DNA of 64,000 nucleotides from Geosiphon pyriformis uo1 (taxonomy: Eukaryota > Fungi > Glomeromycota). Under the pieces are notes generated by a model that saw only the letters and a program-made list of their open reading frames with translations, ran no database searches and was not told the origin of the DNA. Below are positions 39,720 through 53,259 of the stretch, in pieces; within the stretch, counting starts at the first letter, position 1, and every line of letters starts with the position of its first letter. The stretch is taken from contig JAAOMT010000481.1 of assembly GCA_016748015.1 (NCBI GenBank), positions 12,583-76,582 of the forward strand, in the 5' to 3' direction. Made by a program: the position numbers and the translations under genes.

Positions 39720-40510
39720 GGAAGGCAACCACTTCATGATTTAAAATGTATCAAGTTTTTATGTTCACTTGAATATATATGTAAATTGTATGTAACGTGG
39801 TAGATAAACACCTATAATGATTTCAAGTAAGAATAAATATATATAATACATTTAACCTTTTCTGTTTCTATTAGGTTTATTTCTAGTAGTTGAAATTGGA
39901 GCCAGAGTCAATCTAAAAAATAAAGATAGCTGAAATAGTATTTATCTGGATTTAATAAAAGGTTAAATTTATCAATCTTGGCTTTATAATACATTAATAT
40001 TAATATTCATGTTATAATTAACTATAATTTCAAGGTCATCTAGCTCTTGTAAAATACTTTACATTACTCTAGCCAAACACTGTATTCACACAAAGTAATT
40101 CAGGCCGATTACCAAATACACATTGCTGCATTCTATTTTTTCTAGAATATTTCCCAAATTCTAATCTTTTTTGCTATAGTGCTGCATATTTGGATATTTT
40201 TTAATGCATTTGATAATTCTGGAATTAACCTTTTTCAAAATGCTACAATATTTGGGAAATTAACATCTTATTAAAATGCTTTAGAAACTTATAAAATTAT
40301 TCTCCATACAAAGAATAAATTGGCAAGAACGGCGATATATTATTCTGTCATAACTATAAATGCAAGGGTTATCAAATTTTTATTAATAAACAAACAGAAA
40401 AGAAAAAAAAGTTGGAGGTTGATGTTGATACTAAAGATGCATTGTTGGTTAGCCAATATGAGCTTCAAAAAGATATTAGGGATAGTCATGGGAGAACAGC
40501 ATTAGATGTA
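39720..40510 (+). pseudogene. Ankyrin-repeat protein pseudogene
   Basis: RQPLH, GARVNLKNKDS*, GHLALVKYL, SGRLP-IHIAA, KNKLARTAIYYS, DIRDSHGRTALD; introns, stops and frameshifts. Confidence 0.7.
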
Positions 40511-41589
40511 AGTATAGTATGTAGAAATTCTAATCTTTTTGATATTTTTTTAATGGTTTGGCAGGGGATAATATTATTAGTCTTATTTCATTTCAAAATT
40601 TACGAGTCCAAATAAACTTTTAGATTTTATTTTATTCAATTAAAAAAAAATTCAGGAATGTAATTCTGACAATCGATCGCAGGCGAGAGCAGCATAAGGT
40701 CCAATTGCAAAAAAATAGTTTTTTCTGCTTGGGAAACTCATTTTTTATATCCTTTATGGAAATCTTATGTATTGAATCCGAAATTTTGCGATGAAAACTC
40801 ACATTCAAACAAAAAGTACATTGAAATATTATATAAAAGTTTTGATAATTTGACTTTTATTATATTTATTTTAAAAATAACATCAATGAATTAAATTTTA
40901 ATTTCATTTAATATAATTCACAAATTTTTTCAACAATTATTTTCAAAAATAGACCAAAAAAATATTCTATTAAATTTTTAAAACTGTTAGGAATATTCTC
41001 AATATTTCCAAAGATTTTACAGAACTCCAATATCGTTATTCTTTCATTACCAAATTTGATTGTTGTTCAGTTTATTTAAAATACACCAACAATATGACTG
41101 TCTCTCACCAGACACAAATAGTAATAATTTATTTTTAATATTTAACCGTTCAAGTTTACTTGATTAGTTTCTTAAAGGTAATTATTTTAAATTGACAAGT
41201 TATTTTTTTTCCTAAAATTTAGAAACTCGCTCATCATTCTAACCATCATGATCATTCATTTCAAGAATTTTAAAAAATGCAAAGGTTGACAGGAATGATT
41301 ATATTGATTGGTTTATCATTATATATTATAGGTTTGTCTAGGTGCAAGAAGAAAAAAATTATTATATGTCATGCCATTAAAATATTTGGTATTTTAATTT
41401 GATAACAGGAAAATGAGTATAAAATATCAAAAAAATATTCTGTAAAGATAAAATCAACCTCTTTTTGCTCTTAATGAACAAATGAGAGAGTTAAAAAATT
41501 GTTTAATTTTATAGTTAACTTTTCTGTAAGTAAATTATAACTATAAAGTATAAAGTATAAACAATTTAAAATTCCTTGTCCCTGTCTTT

Positions 41590-41769
41590 TTTTTCTAAAA
41601 ATTTTCACTTAAATTTGAACAACCATTGCTAAAACGAACAAGGAAGTTAATAGAAGAAAGGCCAGAGACCATTTTAACATAAATCTTTTCAAGAAAAATA
41701 TATCTTTTGGTGCATTGGATAAAGCACAATGATTATTTTTTTCCGTCCAATTTTTTTTGCAACACACTG
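41590..41769 (+). mobile_element. Isolated Tc1 terminus of the same family as 12876-12900
   Basis: gtccaattttttttgcaacacactg|ta (41745-41769) matches the 12876-12900 TIR with one mismatch. The upstream LLKRTRKLIEERPETILT* may be a transposase C-terminus. Confidence 0.65.
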
Positions 41770-41959
41770 TAGCTACTGAATTTTTTTTTATAGTTAAACT
41801 TGTGTAATCAATTTGTAGCGACATTTAATTTCTTAACATAGGGGAACAGCAGTATAAATAGGGACTCTGCCTTTAAGAAATTACTTACTTTCTAAAACGT
41901 ACTATTAATAAAAGATTTAAAAAAGCTCTCTTCGAATTATAACCTATTCACATATAAAA

Positions 41960-42440
41960 TTTTATTCAGAAATACATGATTGCAACCTGTGTTCACCCTG
42001 TCAAGAGAGTATTATAAATAATAATTCTAATCGTTGAAGCTCATGCTGGTTCATATTTTTTGAAAAACTTTACCACGACTTTTGAAGCAGCAATAAAGTA
42101 GTCAATGAAATAATTAAGAATCCAATCTATATTCCACCTAATCGATCTAATATTCATAAGGCTAATTTTCATTACTATGAATGGATTCCATGGGAGCGTT
42201 TGTCGAATATCAACGAAATTGCTAGGGGAGGATTCAGTAGAATTATAAAGCAACCCTAATTGATGAATTAATTAATAAATATATTATGAAAAATCATGGT
42301 TTCATAGAATATAAAAGATGGGGAGTAGAGGAGGAAGTAGCAATAAAAATTATGCCAACAAACAGTGAAGACGTGTTTAAAAAGGTAAACAAAAACTATT
42401 ATTATTTTATATTTATATTTATTATTTTATGTATTATTAT

Positions 42441-42479
<39 letters not shown>

Positions 42480-43330
42480 TTTTACACTGTGTTGACAGTT
42501 AAATATTCAAAGAGTTATTGAAATTAATAATAGTGGATATATAAGTGATTATATCACTTCAATCTATGGGATTACGCAAAATGCTGAAACAGTCAAATAT
42601 GGAATTGTGATGGAGTTTGCTAAACATGGAGATATGCGAAAATATTTATCAAAAATTTTCATTATATGAGTGGGTTGGAAAAATTAAGGATCGCATGGAA
42701 AATAGCTAATGGACTTTCTTTAATTTATACTTATCGTATGGTTCATCATGACTTGCGCTAGGGCAACATCCTACAAAAGGATCTACAATCGGTACGAATT
42801 GGAGACCTCGGATTATCTCAAGCAATAAACTATGAAGCAACAACAACAGAAAAAAAAAAGATACATGGAGTTATTCCATACATTCAACCAGAAGTCTTAA
42901 GAAAAGAAAAGCTTACTTCAGCTGATAATATTTATAGTTTTGCCATGTTATTATGGGAATTAGCAACAGAAAAGCCTTCTTTTCATGATCGTTTTCATGA
43001 CCACCTTCTTATAATGGATATTTTGAATGGTTAAAGACCTAAGGTTACTTCCTCACTTATTCCATTTTGTTTTGCTGAAATAATTGTAATGTGTTGGGAT
43101 GCTAATTTTAAAAATCGTCCTACTGCGGAAGAAGTTGGGAGAATTTTGGACGTTCTATAAGTGGTGCAAGTATAACTCTGGAAATCCGACGTCTAGATAT
43201 CGAAAGTTTATAGAACAGTCTAAAACTGAGAAAATGGAACAGTTTTTAGTATCAAAAAAATGGCAGAAGGTTAAACAACGACAACGAGCATACATCGAGG
43301 AGCAGTTTATAGAAGTTGTCTTTTAACTTT
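41960..43330 (+). pseudogene. Tyrosine-kinase-like protein kinase pseudogene
   Basis: YEWIPWERLSNINEIARGGFS, EVAIKI, intron 42384-42498, IYGITQN, IVMEFAKHGDMRKYL, HHDLR*GNIL, IGDLGLS, GVIPYIQPEVL, IYSFAMLLWEL, CWDANFKNRPTAEEV; frameshifts and stops. Confidence 0.9.
42441..42478. repeat. (TTAC)n microsatellite in kinase intron
   Basis: Perfect tetranucleotide run. Confidence 0.95.
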
Positions 43331-43387
43331 GCAAATGATTGATTTTTCTAAAGATTACTATTTTAGAAATCCTGATTAAAAATTTTC

Positions 43388-44435
43388 AATAAAAAATGTT
43401 TTGAAAGAATGTAATAAAAGGAATCACAGCTAATTATTATCTTTGATAAATATTTTATCTCTAAATTAAATTTATTTCTATTTATAAGTGTTTAATATTA
43501 ACCTTCATTTACAGTTTTAAATCTACCAATATAATGTAAAAATTGATATAAGATCTTTAACATCAATGATTAAATTAGCAAAAAAAGCAAATAATTTAAT
43601 TTCAAGTGGATCATAATAAATATACATTTATTTTAATCTTTTATCATCTGATTTTCATTATCAGAATAAAATTTGATGATAGTAAACTCTTTATTTGGAA
43701 AAATATTATAAAATATTATTCAAAAAAATATTTTTTATAAATTTTTGCCTTGATAAATATTGGAAAATTTTAATTATTAATAATTTAAACTCTTTTATAT
43801 ATACCAAGTTTTAAACAATAAATCATGTAAGTTAAGATTTAATAATAAGGTTTTGAAAAAAATTACACATAGTAATAGACTTGGTTACTATTATTTAAGA
43901 ACCAATTTCATATTTTTAATTTCATAAATTAATAAACTATTTTTTTGGTTAATCTTAAAAATATTTCCAAAATTTAGAAGCAGTAATTATTATACAATAA
44001 CGATTAAATTTGAACACTTAAATTATAATTATAATTTTCATTATTTTTAAAAATTTTAGTAAAAAATTTAACAAAAATAGTTAATATAGCAACAAAAAAA
44101 ATTTATTCAAAAATATATAAATCTTACATATATCAAAAACATTTTTTTCTTAAAATATTATTTTACCTCTTTTTAAATAGTTTATAATAACTATTTCTCA
44201 AAATTATTACTCTTATAAAAAAACAAAATATTTACTTTTATTAATATTTTAATAGTTATTATAATTTAATAAAAACTTTAACAGTGTTTTAATAAACCAA
44301 ACAATAATTATATTTTTTACATAAAAAATACTTAATAAAAAAAAACAAAGCTCAAAACAACAAAAGCAAATATTTAATAAATTTTAAAACAGTTGAATTA
44401 ATAAACATTTATTACAAAATTAGAACAGCTTTTAA
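43388..44435 (+). repeat. Segmental duplication block A, copy 2
   Basis: Near-identical to 15684-16787. Confidence 0.95.
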
Positions 44436-47425
44436 ATTCTACAACTTATTTAATACTTATAAAACATTTTATAAAATTTAATATTACAACCAATAAAAAT
44501 TCAATATATTGAAAAGTTTATAAAATTAATATTTTAAAAATTCTCAGACCAAATTGTCTCAATAATTTTGAAAAATTACAAACAATACTTTGACTTTAAT
44601 AAAATTTAGTCATAAAAAAAAATTATATTACTCAAGTAAAAATTAAGTTATTAATTAATATAAAATTGTTTTTATAATTCTATTATTAATTAGTATATAA
44701 TATTATTTTTATTTTATTATTTTTTATTTTATTAAATTATTATATAATATTATATAATACCCAAGTATAACTAAATATAATAATCAAATTATATAATATT
44801 TTAAATAAAATAATATTTAAAAATTTGCCAAAATATATATTTAAATACCAAAAATTTTATTAAACTATTAGCAAAAAAATACTAATAAAATATATAAAAA
44901 AAAGTTTTCTTTAAAAAAATTTTAAGTTAGAAATAAACACATAAAATAATTAGTTATTACAAATAAACAAAATAAATTTTTACTTTTTATAATTATATTG
45001 CTTTAAAATTTACAATTTAACTAATATTTTGAAATTAATCAGTTATTAGCTTTAATAACAATTTAACTAACTTCAATCTAAACAAAAAACTATTTTTTTT
45101 GTTTAAAGTCCTTTTTTTTTAAATTATTAAAAAATTTATAGTCAAGTTTCTTATAAAAAAGTTAATTTTTATAACAAAATAATTACATATAAAAATTGGA
45201 AAAAATTTACAATCAAAGATTTTTGCAGAAAAATTAACTTTATTGCAAAGTAACTATATTAAGTAATTAGTACAGAATTGATTATTTTATTATAAGTCTA
45301 ATAAAATATATAGTTTAAAGTATAAAAAATACTTTAAAAATAAATTAGCTTATTAAAAATTTAACAACTTTTATTAAAAGCACACAATTAATAATTTTTT
45401 AATATTAACAATATCTTAAAAAATGATTAAATATTAAATAATAATATATTATATTATAAACTTTATGTTTTTAAAATACAAAAAATTAAACTTATTAAAT
45501 TTATTTATAACAACTTAAAGACTATTAACATTATTTTTTTGTCTTTAAATAAAAATAAACTATTTTTTTAACATAAAAATCTGGTCTTCTGTTTTTTATT
45601 ATTGTTATTCTTAAATTTTTGTTTTAATCTATTTTAATAAGAAGTATTTTGTATTAAACTTTTGTAAAATATTTGAAATAAAAGTTTAATTAAACAATTA
45701 ATTCTTTAGTATATTACATTTTTTGTTGTGTTATCTAAATTTTGTTTTTTAAATACGTTTTGCTAGATTATTTTACATTTATTTGAATTTATTTGAATAA
45801 ATTCAACAAACTAAAAAAAATTTCTTTTTTTTATAAAAAAATACAACCAATTTTTGTATAAATAATATATTAATAAGAGATATAAAATTATTTGCTTAAT
45901 TTAAAACAGTATTAAATAATTAAATAAAAACATATTAAATTAAAACAGTTTTATTAACTTGTATTTTATTGTAACTTTATTCTTTACAAATAATAAATAA
46001 TATGAAAAACTTAATATGCTAAAAGCAAAAAAAAACATAGAGTATTTCATAAAATTGAAAATACAACAGTTTAAATTAAATGTTTCATAAACAAAAAACA
46101 TATTATTATATTTACTTTACACTATGTATATATTACTTTATGTTTCTAAATGCAAAAGATTTTTGAAAGAAAAATAATGATAATTAAAAGTAATTTTTAC
46201 AAATTTTTTATTCTATTTTATTTTTCAATGCCCAATTCATAAAGTTATTATTAGTCTTAATTATTTTTATCAATATATTTTGTAATTTTTGTATTTATAC
46301 TCTTTACTTATTCTTATTTACTTTTAAGTTTTTTATTTCTTTTTTTAGCTTTTTCTTATCCTCTATTTTTCAATTTTTTGGTTTTTATTATAATACTTTT
46401 TCTTTCTCAACTTTTTTTTTAATTTACTTAACTTATTTTTTTTTGTCCAACTTTTTACTTTATTATTTCAGCTTCTTTATGTATCTTTTATATTGGGTCA
46501 TTGCCACTTCTAATTGATGTTTGATAGCTTTAATAGTGGTCGTGATGTTTTGTGTATTTGTTATGATTTGAAAAAATATGGTTAATATATGTGTGGTTAT
46601 GTAAGTAATATTTCAGATCTTTTATCTATTAGTATAAATTACTATTTAGATAACAAAGCCACTTTTATTAAATAGCCCCTACAGTATGCTTTGTAATATG
46701 AATGTTTATTTTAATGTGTAAAATTCATTAATAATATTGTTCATTTTTTTCTCCTGAAGACATAGCCCAACGAATTATTAAATATTAGACTGGAGCCAAT
46801 TAAGACTATTAGTTACCACCACAGCAAACTTTCTATTGGCTACTAATTTCTCCAAATATGTTGCCTATGTTAGTCACCATCTGAAACGGCTTGCACATGC
46901 CCATGGCTCATCAATATTGTTATTTATTTTTTAATTTAAATATTAAATTAACTTTCAAGTCATTATTGTATTATATATTTTTAACATTTAATATTGTAGC
47001 ATAATAATATTTAAATAATAATATTAAAAAAATATTTGGGGCATGCTGCAACAAAACCAGACAAAGTGAACATTTGACGGCATTAACGGATATTTTTAAT
47101 CCTTGGTTTGGTGGCACAACCGTGGCTCAACATAAATTTATCAACTATTAAAGACAGTTTGATTTACCTCTGAACCCTTTTTCTTTGACGATAAACAAAG
47201 ATTACTTCAAACACATAAATCACTAATTAGTATGGTTAGAACTATTCGTACGAATCTAGCCATGTCAAAGGTATGTTAAAAACATCAATCACAGGGGCAA
47301 CAATCAGACAATCTGATTTGATGCGTGCGATTGTTCTGCAACGTGATATGCCCCATGATACAAGGGAGCACAGCAAGATATAAACGCGCTCACGTTCTTT
47401 TGTTTCCTTCTCATAACTTGACAAC

Positions 47426-50400
47426 ATGAACCAAGTCAATTGGGAATTTGTTAATCAATACGCTCGACAGAATCCTAAGGCTACATACGACGAAATTTAC
47501 GCAGAGTGCCTCAAGACACAAAAAGGTAAGCAAGGAAGCAATGCACGTTTATTAGGAAAATGTTACGAATCTTGACAACACAATAGTTGGGACGAGTTGA
47601 ATCGTAGCAGAGCTAGGTTATATGTAAACTCATTTCAAAGGTGAACTGGAGGAGACAAGAGACATTATGGGTTAATAGAGGAGCAACGGGGGTTCGTAGA
47701 ATAGCCATGGGGGTCTACAGAGTGAGAATAGTTGGAATGCATTACGACACGCACGTTGAGAGGAGTATAGAATAGAGCATTGTCGTAAAGGTTAGGTTAT
47801 ACGTAAACTCGTTACAAAGATAAACTGGAGATATACTATTTATGCGTTTGGGTTAAATAGAATAGGAGCAACAGAGGGAGAATAGTTCGAATGCTGTTAG
47901 AATAGGCGTAGCAGCGCGCAATGTTCTTCTATTTTCATTTATTTGAGAACGTTGGATATTAGTTCGAAGAGTAGTCGAAACGCGTTACTGGGCATTTATT
48001 TGATCACTCATTCTGATATTTTCGTCGTATTCATTATATCTCTTCCTACATATTCATCCGTCGTGGAAATTTATTGATATTTTGACGCTACATTTTTTCG
48101 GTATATTGCGTAACATTCGTTTCTATCCATACTCGTGTTCCTTCATAGCCGTTGGTGAGCAACCTTCTTCATATTCGCAATGTACTTTTGCAAAATTTAT
48201 GTCGCTATTCATTATCTCTCAAATAATCGCTTGTACACGCATCGCAGACGCTAAATAATGATTTTGCCTATTCCATACCTTTGGTGTCGATCCTATATCT
48301 TTTAGATCCAAATTTGGGTTACTGGTTTGGTTATAGGGAGTACGCCGCCGTGGAGATAGCATTTTCGGACTCGGAGTACTGCGATCCTTATGGCGTTGCC
48401 AAAGCGTTCTGCCAACACGTTGACAAAAACATGACGGAGTGGGATCCGACAGAGTACGACTCACCGTACTGTGACCTGATACAAGCTTCCGGCTTTGGAA
48501 AGTCTCGACTGATGGTAGAGATCGGGAAAATTTTACCCATTTCGTATGTTTGCCTTCGCAGAGAAGACAGTGGCGGATCACCTCGTTGTCCAATTGCCGA
48601 TATCTTGACCGGACAGAGAAAGCTTAACGATGGAACCGGACGAGATGCCGACATGGTCAAAGTATATGTTGCATATTTTTGTGCAATATTTGAGCGCATC
48701 CAGTTCTTTTTCCATGAAATGATCGCCGAAGGATTGGCAGAACGCTGGATCCAAAAACAAATTTCCAAAAAATCATCAATTGTTTTTTGGTTCGCAGTGG
48801 AAGCGAAAATGAGAGAAATTATTGTGCAGCTTCCGTCTTTGAATGCGAATGCGAATGGCCCCACATATTTCACAGAATTAAAAATGGTTGTGTCTAAATA
48901 CTGGAAGTCAACGAGAACATGCTTGGAAAGACCCTGGATAATCGATAGTTATGAAGTCAAATCACGATTCTTGTTTGTTTTTGACGAAGCAAGGATCCTA
49001 AATGAAGAGAATGGACAGACCTGGAGCAACTTCGAGTGTTTGCGATACGCCATGGGAACACTTCCTGTAAACGGTGAAGGTGGAGGAGTGTTTTGTGTTT
49101 TCTTGGACACTACTTCCAAGATCCATAATTTAAGTTCATTTCGTCTGCAAAAAAAAGGACGCAAACTGTTTCCTCCATTCACTGAAATCGCGTTTGTCGA
49201 TCTTTCTGCCACAGACTCGCCGCAAACCTTGGCTGAATCAGCTCTACCACAGCACTTTTTTAAATTCGGAAGACCATTATGGACGGCTTTGCATAGATCT
49301 GACCGTCTCGCACCAGCCGCCGTCATATCATTCGCGAGAAGCAAGCTAATCGGTGGCATGGATTACAACGGCTGGCTAGATAAGAAGAATGGAGAACGGA
49401 TCAATGATCTGGAGTGCCTTGCAATTCTTGGTCCTCGTCTTTGTCTGGACATTGTTCCTCAAAGCGAATTGGCCTCAACACTTACTTTAAGCTACATGCG
49501 TCCTTGTTTCTACATCAACGACGCTCGAACCACAATTATGACAGGATGCGTATCAGAAGCAACACTCGCAGAAGCTTCAGCGCAAATCACCGGTGAGTCT
49601 GAAGGGGTTGGGTTGGTAAGAGTTCTGAATCCTCTCATAAACATGATGAAGGAAGGACTGATCGAGAGAGGATACCAAGGAGAAGTGGTTGCGCGCCTTA
49701 TTTTGTTACATGCGTGGGACCGTGCTTGTGGTGCATTGCAGTCGTTGAATAGCGTAGAGAGTTCGAATTGGTTTTCTCGTCCTATGCCTCTGGTACACTA
49801 CCTGAGATATCTCCTTAAGTATAATGTCTACTGCGATGTGATTTGTAAGATGGATGAAGACGACATTAAGAAGAAGTTGTTGAAAGCATATATTCGATTT
49901 AACCATTTCATTGCGATCACCTATACACCGCCTCCCGAACATATTCTTGCAGCACTTAAGCGCGGCACTGCTTTTGTCTGCAAGCGAAATCAACAAGGGA
50001 CAGACTTGATCATTCCTTTGGTAATGGACATTGGGATCCATGACCTTATGACGTTGGACAATATTTCGTATGTTCTGGTCTCTGTGAAGAACTATCAAAA
50101 GAGCAAAGATATTAACTACTTCAACAATGCGACAAGCATAAATTATCCGTCAAATGTCGGAATCGAACAATTACCCACCTTGCCTTTCTTATCGCTATAC
50201 ATGCAATTCAGTACTAACTTGGCAGGTGTAGATGAGGAATATTACTTCCCTCAAGTTGGTACAATTACTGGAACCACCGAGGCAAAGATAGTGGAGATTC
50301 AAAGGCGTGAAAAAAATGAAGAACTTTCTGGGAGTTTGCTACGGAAACGGAAATGCGAGTCTAATTCTGAAGATAGCGAAGTGAACTACAGCGATGAGCT

Positions 50401-50836
50401 TGCATACAGACATTGTTATCAGTTTGCAGTCGGATTGTTTGGTCTCACTGCATATGATTTTTTGCAGGAAAATGATAGCGGGAATCAGTTGCTGAACACT
50501 GTTCAACGATTGCTAGTGGCTTGGGAGGATCCTGTCGATTGTCAAACGGATGAAAAGGAGCATTTCCTGCTTCGGCAGATGCAACCATTGGTGTATACGT
50601 CAGAAGAGCCTGCTATAAGTTCGCGATCCCAGTCGACCAGCCAGTCGACAACTCCTAGAGTGAAAACTAGTGTTCATCGTGAAACCGTAGAAACCGGAAG
50701 TTCTTTGACACCAGCCTCTTTTGATTCAATAGACCAAAAACTTATTCCTAATCAGCAGAAGCTTGAAACGGACATCGCACAAGCCATTGAAGAAGCCGAG
50801 AGGTACCTCCAGGAGAAAGCAACAAAGACAACATAA
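47426..50836 (+). CDS. Crinkler/CR-type P-loop NTPase + restriction-endonuclease-fold protein, copy 2; exons 47426-47525 and 48306-50836
   Basis: Exon 1 MNQVNWEFVNQYARQNPKATYDEIYAECLKTQK+G ends at AAAG|GTAAG. The acceptor cttttag|AT gives in-frame GAT-CCA-AAT. Same Walker A/B and nuclease-like motifs as copy 1. TATAAA at 47379-47384. Confidence 0.82.
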
Positions 50837-51009
50837 GTTGTAGATGCTGTGTATTTCCAGACAGCTATTAGTGAAACTCAAAAATTAAGTCACTGTCAGT
50901 TTGTAGAAACTAATCTAATTACATGCATAAACCATGAAAGGATATAGGATTATAAGTATATATATATATTACTTTAAAGCAGTTCTTTATTGCTTGCATA
51001 TTCATTATT

Positions 51010-52900
51010 GTAATTGCAAAAAAGAAAAAGTAATAAAATTTATATATAGAATTACCCGTATATAAAAAGTTCTAATTATAACATTTTTTACCGAATATGA
51101 AATGGCAATATGTTTCTTGGATTTAGGTTGTAATTGTGGTTGCTCAAAAAGAATTCTAAAAGAAAAGTTTGCCAAATTACGTGAGGTATTTCAAGCTCTC
51201 TCTAAATCTAAACAAGATATATTTTTAATGCTAGTTCAAAAGCAAAAAATAGTGGAAAAATAAGTGCCAGCCAATGTGTTAAAAAGAAAATACATACTAA
51301 TAAGCGAATATTTTACTACTGAGATCACAATACACTGCTTTGTCAGAAAACATATCTCAATATGTTGAGAATTGGCCACACTCATTTGGAAAATATCAGA
51401 AATTATCTAACAACAAATAGCATAATACCATGCATTTATAGTAACATAAAATGAATGCCATAATGAAAAACCAAGATAATTATTGATAAAATTGTTGCTA
51501 CATGAAGAATCTTTTCAAAAATTATGTTAAAATACCTAAATTACCAAGTCCTGGTAGAAATTTTAACCAAATACTTGATTACTTATACTTTTTTCAGCTA
51601 AAATAAGTTATAAATTTTATTTATTATGATTTTATTACAGGTTACAAAAGCAATAGCATGTTAAAATTGAAAAAATATTATATATTTCACAAGCTATAAC
51701 ATCAACTAATGCTTTATATTCAAATTATAAGTCCAAAATGAATTATGTAATACATGTTCACATTTTTGATATAAATTATAATACAATGACTACAAGAAAA
51801 AAAAGCAAAAAATTTACTAATAAAATATAAAAAACATTTAATTAAAGTTAAATTGAAGAAATAATTATAACAAAAATATAAAATTAGCAAAATAATAAAA
51901 AAATTTGTAGATAAATATTTTATGATAAAAGATAAAGCTAATTATTATAGCATTAATATTATAGTTTATTATAGCTATAATTGAGATATAAATAGAATTT
52001 ATTATTTTAACTCATGTAAAGTATATTTATTTAATAAATTAAGACAATATATAAATAAATTAATTATATTTTTGATAAAAAAAAATTTAATAGCATATTA
52101 AACATAATATTTAATAAAATTGAATAAAGATAAAAAACATTTAAAAAATATTTTTGATAATATAAAAAACAAAATAATAATAATACTATTATTTGATTTT
52201 ATTTATATTTAACAATTTGCAGCTATTATAAATGTATTAAATTAAATATTATAATATTTAAACATATTAAATTTAAATATAATGACAATTTTAGATTAAT
52301 TAAGAATATATATTACAAAATAACTGTAAATTTTATGAATTATGTAATTAAAGTTATAAAAAAGTCTAATATTATTAGAATAAATAAAGCATAATATTAT
52401 AATAATAAAGTTAATTTTTAATATTTTGATATTATAAGTAATTTGAAAATTTATTAAAATAATTATTTAGTTTATAAAAGTTTTAGCATTTTTTGTTTAG
52501 CAAAACCAAATCTGATATAATCAAAATTAAATAATTTTTTTAGAAATTCAGACTTTTAAAAATTGGTAATTCAAAGCAAAAAATCAAAATCTTGTTATTT
52601 TTTGTACTAGTGTTTTTTAATAAAGTATAAAAGACAAAAATATTTTTATAATTATATTTAGCCTTTTTTAAAGATATATTTAAAAATATTACTTGTTTAA
52701 AATTATAAAATAAATATTAAAAATTTAATTAATAAATTATTAGTCTTAAATACTATTTATATTAATTAAAATAAAAAAAGCTTATTTTAATAAAAAGTCA
52801 CCAGTTATTAACGCAAAAAAATTCGCTAATTGTTTTAATATAAAATTAATACATTAAAAAATCAATAATAAAAATTAATTTTACTATTGAAAATAAATCA
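51010..52900 (+). mobile_element. Decayed Sola-like transposase, copy 2
   Basis: EMAICFLDLGCNCGCSKRILKEKFAKLREVFQALSKSKQDIFLM, MLRIGHTHLENIRNYL, LPSPGRNF. Retains ~52230-52440, which is absent from copy 1. Confidence 0.55.
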
Positions 52901-53259
52901 AAAATTTTATTTTGATTTATTAATTATAATAATTATGTTTTAATTATTTTATTTATAATTATTTAAAATTTAATAAATATTATATTATATTAAATTAAAT
53001 TAAAATTACAATTAATATATATATAAAAATAATATATATTATATTATTGTCAATATTAGTGATTTTAAAAATGAAAGTTTTTGTTAAAGCTATAAAAAAA
53101 TATAAACAAAAAATTATTTGAAAAAAATAATAATAAAAAAATATAAAAACAAATAGTATTAATTTATTTTTTGGCTTAATTATTCTAATTATTTTAAATT
53201 ATTAAAAAATTTTATAAAAAACAAAAAAAGTAAACTTAATGTTTTAAATAATAATATAT

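Noticed and set aside
46250-46920. Minus-strand decayed coding-like region with K/E-rich tail
   Set aside because: Many stops and no diagnostic motif.
48281-48305. TTG start of the 851-aa ORF (and 19261 for copy 1)
   Set aside because: It lies in the intron's polypyrimidine tract; the spliced model fits a eukaryotic gene better.
47040-50910. Possible TIRs bounding the GC-rich gene island (caaaaccagacaaagtga vs reverse complement of tcactgtcagtttg)
   Set aside because: The match is short and gapped, and no TSD was seen.
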